From: an uncultured Patescibacteria group bacterium
Lineage (GTDB): Bacteria > Patescibacteriota > Microgenomatia > UBA1400 > PJMF01
Assembly (NCBI GenBank): GCA_905478415.1
Contig: CAJQIG010000001.1
Location: 8,818-72,817 of the forward strand
Direction of reading: 5' to 3'
Length of the DNA: 64,000 nucleotides
Shown here: positions 56,418 to 64,000 of the stretch, in pieces
How the letters are laid out: each line of letters opens with the position of its first letter
Position numbering within the stretch: the first letter of the stretch is position 1
Program-made: the position numbers and the translations under genes
The notes under the pieces: model-generated
What the model was told of the DNA's origin: nothing
The model's input: the letters and a program-made list of their open reading frames with translations, nothing else
Databases searched by the model: none

Positions 56418-57637
56418 GATGATGTAAAGAGGTTACGTACTCCCCAAATCAATAACGGTAGTGAAATAACTCGAGAGATAATCAAGGCTAGTGCTGCGCC
56501 CATCAGTCCATCATCCTGACTCATCTTTACAATCAGGGGAACAAGAACCAGCAGTGTCACCAATAAGTACGAATTTACGTATTTAAATTTTTTGGTCGCC
56601 ATAAGAAGTGATGAAAAATTGACTGAAACTGCCTGGAGGAAACCAGCTAGTGCCAAAAAAGGCACATAGGGGGCAACTTGTAACCACTCGGGACCGAGTA
56701 CAACTCTGACAATACTGGTGGGAAAGAAGAATAATGGCAGTGAGAGCGCAGCTGCAATTCCCAGTGTGACTGCAGAGGAACGCAAAAATGCTCTGAGGAG
56801 TCGTTGCTTATCTTCCGCAATTTTAGTATAGATTGGCAGCGTGCCATGCTGAGCTGATTTGGCTACTTCATAGTTAAGCTTGTGTCCAATGCTGTAGCCA
56901 TTGTGGTAGAGACCGAGGTTGCGGGTTCCAATGGTCTTTCCCAGGATGAAGTTATCGATGTTTTCGTGTGTATATGAGAGCAACGCAGAGATACTTAACC
57001 ACCGAGCGTTTGCATAGATAGTTTGAGCTCGGCTGTGAATGTATTTAAATGTTGGTTTTGCTGCAAAGAAAAGGAAGGAGATCAAAACTTCGAAAAGAGC
57101 AGTTCCAATCATGGCAAGTACCAGTGCCATAAATGATTGGAGCCAGAGTCCTAAAAGAATGGCGAGAAGTACATCAGCAATGCTGAGTGAGAGCCTGTAG
57201 ACACTGTCTTTGAAGAAGAGTAACTCTTTATGAAGAGAGACGATACTTGGGTTGATAAAGCCTTTGATAAGTGGCACTAAGGCTGCAATGGCAATGTAGG
57301 TGGGTAAGAGTGGTTCATTGTAGAATGATCCCATAAATAGTCCTAAGATAATCATTAATATGGCAATGATAAAACCTCTAATAATGGCAATAACCCATGC
57401 AGTGTCTAGAAAATAACGGACTGACTTTTTTGATTGTAGAATAGTAAAGTTAATACCGGTTTCGGTAAATGCTTCGACGAGCCCAAGAGCGATGGTGATC
57501 AGAGAAAACATGCCAAAGTCGTTTGGAGAAAGAAGACGAGCTAAGACAAATATTTTAATCACTGAGAGCCCATTTTGAATGAGCTTCAAGAGTGTTTGCC
57601 AACTGAATCCCGAAATAGCGTTTTTTGTATACCCCAT
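56414..57637 (-). CDS. Wzx-like oligosaccharide flippase
   Basis: LARLLSP.DFG, D..ILGK..G...LG.Y, ~12 TMs; ATG 57637. Confidence 0.88.
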   Translation of the reverse strand: MGYTKNAISGFSWQTLLKLIQNGLSVIKIFVLARLLSPNDFGMFSLITIALGLVEAFTETGINFTILQSKKSVRYFLDTAWVIAIIRGFIIAILMIILGLFMGSFYNEPLLPTYIAIAALVPLIKGFINPSIVSLHKELLFFKDSVYRLSLSIADVLLAILLGLWLQSFMALVLAMIGTALFEVLISFLFFAAKPTFKYIHSRAQTIYANARWLSISALLSYTHENIDNFILGKTIGTRNLGLYHNGYSIGHKLNYEVAKSAQHGTLPIYTKIAEDKQRLLRAFLRSSAVTLGIAAALSLPLFFFPTSIVRVVLGPEWLQVAPYVPFLALAGFLQAVSVNFSSLLMATKKFKYVNSYLLVTLLVLVPLIVKMSQDDGLMGAALALIISRVISLPLLIWGVRNLFTSS

Positions 57638-57733
57638 GCTCTCATTATAGCCATTCTTTTCAAAAAAAGACACTCTCGAGTAAGTTTGTTTTGACCTTGC
57701 AATATAAATGTATTTTGAGGATAATTTGAAGAT

Positions 57734-58306
57734 ATGAACCCACTTAAAGCACTTTCTAGTTTTTTTCTTGACATGGTTGAAACTGTTGTCATTGGATTAT
57801 CAATATTTTTAGTTGTGTACCTCTTTTTTATGCAACCTCATCAGGTAAATGGCCAGTCGATGGTGCCAAACTTTCAGAGTGGTGAGTATGTGTTAACGGA
57901 TAAAGTCAGTTACCGCATGGGTGATCCAGTCCCAGGAGATGTGGTTGTTTTTCATGCTCCAGAAGCTGCTCACTGTCCAGAAGGAACAGGCTGTGATTTT
58001 ATTAAGCGGGTTATTGCTCTTCCTGGCGATACTATTGAGCTAGTAGACAGTAGTTATATTGTTAATGGCACTGCTTTACCAGAACCTTATATTCCTGCTG
58101 ATTTTGAGACACAACCGGGAATGTTTATAAAAGAACGGACTATTACCTTAGGACCTGATGAATACTTTGTTTCGGGTGATAACCGTCCCTACTCTTCTGA
58201 CTCAAGGGCATGGGGACCAATTAGTAAGAGTGACATTGTTGGAAAAGCCTTTTTCCGCTATTGGCCAATAGACAAGTTGGGCGTGCTTGAAAAAATCACC
58301 TACTAA
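57734..58306 (+). CDS. lepB: Signal peptidase I
   Basis: GQSMVPN, GDVVVF, FIKRVIALPGD, GDNR..S.DSR.WG. Confidence 0.96.
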   Translation: MNPLKALSSFFLDMVETVVIGLSIFLVVYLFFMQPHQVNGQSMVPNFQSGEYVLTDKVSYRMGDPVPGDVVVFHAPEAAHCPEGTGCDFIKRVIALPGDTIELVDSSYIVNGTALPEPYIPADFETQPGMFIKERTITLGPDEYFVSGDNRPYSSDSRAWGPISKSDIVGKAFFRYWPIDKLGVLEKITY

Positions 58307-58312
58307 AGATGC

Positions 58313-59152
58313 TTAGCTAGTTGGTTTTTTTCCAGTAGTAATCTCAATTAATTTTGCAATATCTTTATCTGTTTTGTTAGGCTCGCCTTTAAGCGTGATA
58401 ATTATTCTTGTTTGTTTACTGGTTCTTTGAAGTTTGACCACAGACTTTGATGTTAAGAGTTTCTTGAGATCACGTTCCCAATTCTTTACTTCTTTCAGGG
58501 CGACAATAGATGGCTTCCGAACTTGTTTTTGATACTTGCGTTGTCCTAGGTCTTCTTTGGCAATTCGTGCCATTTGCTCTGCCTGTCTGACGGAGGCGTT
58601 TGTTTTGAGGATTTGTTTATAGACTTGTACCATCCTGTGTGGGTCACTTATGCCAGATATAGCACGGGCATGTCCTTCATCAATCAGTCCACCCAAAAGT
58701 CCATCTTTGATGGCATCAGGGAGCTTGAGGAGTCGGAGTGAGTTGCGGACATAAGGTTCTGATTTACTGACGCGTTTTGCTACTTCTGCTGAAGTATAGC
58801 CAAATGTTCGTTTGAGTTGTTGGAACGCTTGCGCCCGTTCAATTGAACCTAAATCCACACGTTGGACGTTCTCAATAATGGCCATCTCTAACATTTCTCG
58901 ACGAGTTACCTTTTTGACAATAACGGGAACAGTTTTAAGACCGACTTGTTGTGATGCTCTCCACCGGCGCTCACCTGCAATAATTTGGTAGCCAGCAGGT
59001 GTTTGGGTAACCACGAGTGGTTCGAGGACTCCAAACTGTTCTATAGAGCTGGAAAGTTCACTTAAATCTTCTGGTTTTATCAAGTCGCGAGGTTGAAATG
59101 GATTTGCTTGAAGTAGAGAGATATCGAGTTCGGTAATTTTTGTTTCTTGCAT
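58313..59152 (-). CDS. parB: ParB/Spo0J partition protein
   Basis: NPFQPR, IIAGERRWRA, IIENVQR.DL, GHARA; ATG 59152. Confidence 0.93.
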   Translation of the reverse strand: MQETKITELDISLLQANPFQPRDLIKPEDLSELSSSIEQFGVLEPLVVTQTPAGYQIIAGERRWRASQQVGLKTVPVIVKKVTRREMLEMAIIENVQRVDLGSIERAQAFQQLKRTFGYTSAEVAKRVSKSEPYVRNSLRLLKLPDAIKDGLLGGLIDEGHARAISGISDPHRMVQVYKQILKTNASVRQAEQMARIAKEDLGQRKYQKQVRKPSIVALKEVKNWERDLKKLLTSKSVVKLQRTSKQTRIIITLKGEPNKTDKDIAKLIEITTGKKPTS

Positions 59153-59195
59153 TGACTCAAAGTATATCAATGTATGTTGCTTTTTTCTACACAAA

Positions 59196-59224
59196 AAAAG
59201 CTAACAGGATGAGTGTTAGCTTTT
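59196..59224 (-). terminator. Terminator after rpmA
   Basis: AAAAGCTAACA..TGTTAGCTTTT. Confidence 0.75.
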
Positions 59225-59245
59225 CAATTTTTAAGTAAATCTTTA

Positions 59246-59503
59246 TTATGCAGTGAAAACATTTACAACAGTTTTTCCAAACCGTTTACTAAAAGTAACT
59301 GCTCCTTCAATCATAGAGAAAATTGTGTGATCTTTACCCATACCAACGCCCTTACCGGCTTTGTATTTGGCTCCACGTTGACGTAAAATGATGTTTCCTG
59401 GGATGACTCTTTCACCACCAAATTTTTTAACACCAAGACGTTTTCCATGGCGTCTACCTTGTTTCTGTTGTGCTACTTTTCCACCTGCTTTAACGTGTGA
59501 CAT
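59246..59503 (-). CDS. rpmA: 50S ribosomal protein L27
   Basis: KRLGVK.FGGE.V..GNII.RQRG..GKDHTIF. Confidence 0.97.
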   Translation of the reverse strand: MSHVKAGGKVAQQKQGRRHGKRLGVKKFGGERVIPGNIILRQRGAKYKAGKGVGMGKDHTIFSMIEGAVTFSKRFGKTVVNVFTA

Positions 59504-59515
59504 ATAGGCCTTTTG

Positions 59516-60685
59516 TTATGCTTTGTTTTCTGTATTGTATGTAAATGTATAAATATTTCTTCTGACGATCGCTTGTTCACGGAAGTACTCGATAGGTTCA
59601 GAGCTAGTAGTGTACCCCAAGCTGGCTAAACTGTCAATTAACTTTTCAAGTGTGTAGATGCGAGTTTTCCCTTTTTTATCTTGCACTACTATACTAGGAA
59701 TGACTATAACAACAGTTGCCCCATCTTTCAAAATCTTACTCCAGTGCCGAAAGGCACCTCTATAGAGTTTTTCAAGTCCCTTTAAAATAAACGGAACTTT
59801 GGCTGGATTTGGTTTTGGTTTTCCCAAGAAAGGTTCAGTTATAAGTAAATCAATTTTTTGTGAAGGGTTGACCTTGGTAACATCACCGCCTTTGATTTCT
59901 GGTGTTAGAGTAGTTTCAAACTGTTCTGCATACCAAGCAACATTTTCTTTCGTTCCACGAACAGCTTCTAGGTCTAGGTCTGATCCAATGAGATTGTTTT
60001 TTCCAAGAGCAATAGCTTCGAGTAAAATAGTTCCTGAACCGCAGAACGGATCATAGATGGCAGGCTGAGGTTCATCTGTGTGAGCCAGAGCAAGATTAAC
60101 CATCATCCGAGCAACTTTTGGAGGAAGCATACCTTTTTTTCGATCAGCATATGGTTTGTTTCGATCAACATTTGTCCAAGCATCAATGTTTTGAACAGCT
60201 ATGGTTTTTCCTAGTATGGTTCCCTTATTTGACCCAATCAAGACTATTTCTTGGATATGAGGTTTGTGAAGGAGTAAAGCTGCCGGTAGTCCAGTTCGTG
60301 GACCATCTTTGAATTGAGCTGAGTAACCAAGGCTTTGAAGATGTTTTTTAAGACTTCGGGCATTGAAAACTGGTAAGTGATCACGGCCCATCTCTGAAAA
60401 ACCAAAAGAAATTTTATTTTTAGTTTTTTCTCGGGTCAGAATTTTACTGGAACTTAAAAGTATGTCTTCATCATCGGGTTTTGTTTCAAAATGTTCGATG
60501 TGACGAATAATTTTGATTGTTCCGCCAAGTGTATCAAGTAGGTCTGTAGCTTCTGTATCTGATGCAAGATCAATTTGTGCTACTGCATCATTTAGCATCT
60601 CTATACGAACTAGAGGTAAGACTGCTTTGAGTTCAGCTATTGAAAATAGGGGTGTATTGCCGAGAAGGCAGTAGTATGTGTTCAT
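59516..60685 (-). CDS. Trm11/UPF0020-like SAM-dependent RNA methyltransferase
   Basis: GMLPPKVARMMVNL, YDPFCGSGTIL.EA, GSDLD, ITEPFLG. Confidence 0.82.
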   Translation of the reverse strand: MNTYYCLLGNTPLFSIAELKAVLPLVRIEMLNDAVAQIDLASDTEATDLLDTLGGTIKIIRHIEHFETKPDDEDILLSSSKILTREKTKNKISFGFSEMGRDHLPVFNARSLKKHLQSLGYSAQFKDGPRTGLPAALLLHKPHIQEIVLIGSNKGTILGKTIAVQNIDAWTNVDRNKPYADRKKGMLPPKVARMMVNLALAHTDEPQPAIYDPFCGSGTILLEAIALGKNNLIGSDLDLEAVRGTKENVAWYAEQFETTLTPEIKGGDVTKVNPSQKIDLLITEPFLGKPKPNPAKVPFILKGLEKLYRGAFRHWSKILKDGATVVIVIPSIVVQDKKGKTRIYTLEKLIDSLASLGYTTSSEPIEYFREQAIVRRNIYTFTYNTENKA

Positions 60686-60751
60686 AGTTTGATGACAACC
60701 GGTTACGGACAGTTTCTTGTGTTATACGTCTTCAAACCAACTTTTTAAAAG

Positions 60752-61066
60752 TTAGGCTTTAATTTTAAGGACTTTTACAATTGTTTGTAATTGTTTGTGT
60801 CCCATGACTCTTCGATACTTTGATTTTGATTTATATTTAGCCACACGAATCTTAGGAGCTCGATTATGCTCGAGAACTGTCAAAGTGACTTCTGCTCCTG
60901 CAACGAGAGGTTCACCAATTTTGACGTCTTTTTCGGTTGCGCTGAGAAGTACGTCAGAGACTTTGAAGTCTTTGCCTTCTTCTGTTTCCAGACGAGCGAC
61001 AGTGATTTTATCACCTTCACTCACTTTGTATTGTTTGCCAGATATTTGAATAACTGCGTATGACAT
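60752..61066 (-). CDS. rplU: 50S ribosomal protein L21
   Basis: YAVI..SGKQYKV.EG, K.K.K..YRR..GHKQ. Confidence 0.97.
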   Translation of the reverse strand: MSYAVIQISGKQYKVSEGDKITVARLETEEGKDFKVSDVLLSATEKDVKIGEPLVAGAEVTLTVLEHNRAPKIRVAKYKSKSKYRRVMGHKQLQTIVKVLKIKA

Positions 61067-61127
61067 ATACTTGTACTTTCTTCTTTTTTTGTGTCTAGTC
61101 CTTAGAACATAGAATTATACCATATAT

Positions 61128-62195
61128 TTATGAGAGGTGGAGTGTCAATTCTTTTTTTTGTTCAATCAGGGCAGCTTGGATGATACCAAAGGTTCCACAA
61201 AGAGTCAAAATTGAACTTCCCCCATATGAAAGCAGTGGGAGCGTAATCCCAGTAATAGGCAATAACCCCATGTTCATGCCTATATTCACAAATGTTTGGA
61301 GGGTGAGCACTGTTATAGTACTAAAAATAAACGCATTTTTAGCCTGGTCTCTTGAATTGAGTGCGATCCTGATCAAAAAAAGTACTAAGAGTAAGTAGAG
61401 GGTGAGAATCAAGACTGAGCCAATAAAACCAAACTCTTCGGCAATGGAAGCAAAGATGAAGTCAGTTTGCCTTTCTGGTAAAAATCTCAAGTGAGATTGA
61501 CTTCCTTCTCCGAGTCCTCTGCCGAGGAACTGGCCAGAGCCAACAGCAATCATGGCTTGATTGGCATTATAGCTAGCTCCTTGAGTATCTGCGGTTGGTT
61601 GGACAAAGCTAGTGAGTCTCTGTTTTTGGTATGGTTTAAGGATAAATGACCAGGAAAAAATGATTCCAATCAGTCCTAACGCTGCTAGAGAAAAAATATG
61701 ACGAGGGTTTGTTGGGATAAAAAGAAAAATGACGGAGACGCTTATAAGATAGACAACTGTGGTTCCTAGATCTGGTTCTATCAAAATTAAAAATGCTGGC
61801 AGCAAGATGCTTGCCACCAGCTTGAGAAAGTTCTGGAGTTGCATAGTCTTTATGTTCTGGGCAATGGTGCTGATATAGAGTCCCACTAGGGGTACAGCTA
61901 ATTGTGATGCCTGAAGCGCAAAGAGACCGCCAACAGTGATCCATCGAGCAGTATTCCTTGTTTGGAGTGAAATCAAAAGTGTCAAAGTCAATAAGAACAC
62001 AGTTACTCCATATCCGACAAAGCTCAAAGACTGAATTTGTTTCCATGAAAGCCGTGAAACACTTAAAAAAATGCCACCACCGACTACAAAAAAAAGTAAT
62101 TGGCGGGCAGCTAATTCTGGGGCAATACTACTTAGTGTCAGAATACTCAATAATCCAAATAGTGTTAGTAGTGCAGGTAAAAACCAGTATCTCAT
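61128..62195 (-). CDS. rodA: SEDS family protein RodA/FtsW
   Basis: ARWI, EPDLGT, YQ.QR, A.GSG..G.G, LPE.QTDFIF..IAEE.G, G..LP..SYGGSS. Confidence 0.85.
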   Translation of the reverse strand: MRYWFLPALLTLFGLLSILTLSSIAPELAARQLLFFVVGGGIFLSVSRLSWKQIQSLSFVGYGVTVFLLTLTLLISLQTRNTARWITVGGLFALQASQLAVPLVGLYISTIAQNIKTMQLQNFLKLVASILLPAFLILIEPDLGTTVVYLISVSVIFLFIPTNPRHIFSLAALGLIGIIFSWSFILKPYQKQRLTSFVQPTADTQGASYNANQAMIAVGSGQFLGRGLGEGSQSHLRFLPERQTDFIFASIAEEFGFIGSVLILTLYLLLVLFLIRIALNSRDQAKNAFIFSTITVLTLQTFVNIGMNMGLLPITGITLPLLSYGGSSILTLCGTFGIIQAALIEQKKELTLHLS

Positions 62196-62246
62196 TGTTC
62201 CAGTTGTACCACCTTTATAGAGAAAGAATCAATTGAAAGTTGAAAA

Positions 62247-62276
62247 GTGAGGCCAACATTATTTTGTTGGCCTCAC
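62247..62276 (-). terminator. Terminator after ileS
   Basis: GTGAGGCCAACA..TGTTGGCCTCAC, 12-bp stem plus T run. Confidence 0.8.
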
Positions 62277-62282
62277 CCTATA

Positions 62283-64000
62283 TTATTCGACGAGTGCTAG
62301 TGTCTCACCTTTTTTCAACGTTGAGTTTGTTTTTTTCTCGATTTCTGCTCGCCACGATTCTGGCCACTCTGGAGCTTGGACTGTGACAGCGGTATCAACT
62401 TTCAGCCCAGCTTTTTTTCTGAGTCGTTGAATAGTTCTCATTACTTCTCTTGCTTCACCTTCAGCTTCAAGTTCTGGTGTTAAGTCAGTAGCAAGGGAAA
62501 CCTTTAAACTTTCAGTGCTTTGATTCCAAGTAACTGCTTTTACATTGATTTCATCCATCAAAACTTGGAGGACATCATCTTTTGGTTGCTTGAGTTGAAC
62601 AAAAGTAGTGACATTGGCCAGTGGTTGGCGAACTTTTATACCAGCATCTCTCCGGGCTGCGTGTGCTTCAGCTACAACTTTGCGAATTGCAGACATGCTT
62701 TCTTCAAGTTCAGTATCGAGTAGATCGGTATTTGGTTGTGGCCAATCTGTGTGATGAATACTTTTTTTGTCCGATACCAGCTGATGGAAAAGCCAGTCAC
62801 TAAAGAATGGAGTAAAGGGGGCAAAGAGCTGGGCCATTCGCACTAACACAGTCCCGAACACTTTGACCGAGTCAGGATTTGTTCGTAACTGGTCACGACT
62901 TCTGCGTAGATACCAAGTGGAAACTTCGTCAACAAAGTTCATGAGGACTCGACTGGCTTTAACCACATTATAGCTATCCATGTACTCTGTAACCAATTGA
63001 GTTACCTTAGTAAGTCTGCTCATAATCCAGCGATCCATGACGGTGTTTGCAGTAGGCTCGACAGTGAGATCAAGTGAATCGTTCGGAGCATAGAGTTGGT
63101 AAAAAGCCACCATGTTGTACCAAATGACAAAGACCTTTTTTCGAATATCAGACACCTCTCGTTCATTGAAGTTGAGATTTTCTGACTTCATGACAGTTGA
63201 ACTCATCAAGTACAGGCGTAGACTATCTACACCATACTCATTAATGAGGGTCATTGGATCAGGGTAATTTTTCTTTGACTTGCTCATCTTGGTTCCATCT
63301 TCAGCCAAAATAGTGCCAGTAGTAAGTGTATTTTCGACAGCATTTTGTCCAAAAATACCAACTGACATTACATGCATAGTGTAAAACCATGCTCGAGTTT
63401 GAGCAATGTACTCACTTACAAATTGAGCGGGGTACGTTGATTCAAACTGTTCTTTATTTTCAAATGGATAGTGTTTCGAAGCGAATGGCATTGAGCCAGA
63501 TTCTACCCAACAGTCGAATACCTCTGGAATTCGTGTTCCTTTGACCGTTTTTTTGTCGTCAACCCAGACTTCTAGATCATCAATAAACTCTCGGTGCAGA
63601 TTTTCTACTTTTGTGGCTCTTGTGGTATCAACAGCCCACTTCTGCAGTTCAGCAACAGATCCAATGATCCGTTGTTGCCCGTCTTCTGATCGCCAGACAG
63701 GCATTGGAGTTCCCCAGTAGCGAGAACGTGAAATATTCCAGTCTGGTGCAGTTGCAAGTCCTTTTCCAAATCGGCCTTCTTTTAAATGTTCAGGAAACCA
63801 GTTCATCTTTTGATTTTGAGCGATCAAGTCAGATTTCAATTTCTGAACATCGATAAACCAAGCAGGAACTGCGTTGTAATAGAGCGGGGTTGTACAGCGG
63901 TAGCAGAATGGGTATGAGTGAGTTATCTTCTCGGCTCGATACATCAGTCCTCGTGTTTCTAAGTCCTCATTAATTATTTTTTCGGCAGATTTATAAAATT
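62283..64000 (-). CDS. ileS: Isoleucyl-tRNA synthetase (type 2), 5'-truncated by the window edge
   Basis: DWNISRSRYWGTP, FDCWVESGSMP, QTRAWFY, KMSKS; frame stays open to the window end. Confidence 0.95.
   Translation of the reverse strand, partial: FYKSAEKIINEDLETRGLMYRAEKITHSYPFCYRCTTPLYYNAVPAWFIDVQKLKSDLIAQNQKMNWFPEHLKEGRFGKGLATAPDWNISRSRYWGTPMPVWRSEDGQQRIIGSVAELQKWAVDTTRATKVENLHREFIDDLEVWVDDKKTVKGTRIPEVFDCWVESGSMPFASKHYPFENKEQFESTYPAQFVSEYIAQTRAWFYTMHVMSVGIFGQNAVENTLTTGTILAEDGTKMSKSKKNYPDPMTLINEYGVDSLRLYLMSSTVMKSENLNFNEREVSDIRKKVFVIWYNMVAFYQLYAPNDSLDLTVEPTANTVMDRWIMSRLTKVTQLVTEYMDSYNVVKASRVLMNFVDEVSTWYLRRSRDQLRTNPDSVKVFGTVLVRMAQLFAPFTPFFSDWLFHQLVSDKKSIHHTDWPQPNTDLLDTELEESMSAIRKVVAEAHAARRDAGIKVRQPLANVTTFVQLKQPKDDVLQVLMDEINVKAVTWNQSTESLKVSLATDLTPELEAEGEAREVMRTIQRLRKKAGLKVDTAVTVQAPEWPESWRAEIEKKTNSTLKKGETLALVE

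Overview
This is a low-GC bacterial chromosome segment. Gene content and mostly leaderless, SD-less host genes suggest a Patescibacteria/CPR (Microgenomates-like) host, which is an inference. Positions ~892-36187 appear to be a complete ~35.3 kb integrative conjugative element (ICE) inserted at the 3' end of tRNA-Glu(TTC). The ICE carries a large serine recombinase, a VirD4-like coupling protein, a Replic_Relax-type relaxase, an ArdC-like protein and a minimal monoderm-type T4SS (pilin, pilin-VirB6 fusion, PrgI, VirB4, M23 peptidase). Its cargo is a ~14 kb defence run (Type I RM, Gabija-like pair, DUF2779 nuclease, GmrSD-AlbA_2 fusion), a standalone OLD nuclease, a PLD/HKD protein and a radical SAM plus two NDP-sugar SDR operon. 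The recombinase ORF reads through the att site into the antisense tRNA, and an in-frame 44-codon alternative C-terminus lies at the far (left) end, so excision would swap the integrase tail. The right half is mostly core genome: yraN, rplS, pyrG, dnaE, gatCAB, htpX, lemA, tRNA-Asp, tRNA-Thr, glycan genes, lepB, parB, rpmA, rplU, rodA and partial ileS. It includes an unannotated Gln/Asn-rich leader peptide attenuator upstream of gatCAB and a small variable region with nested tRNA-Asp 3'-end repeats. All family calls come from motif recognition by eye; no database searches were run.
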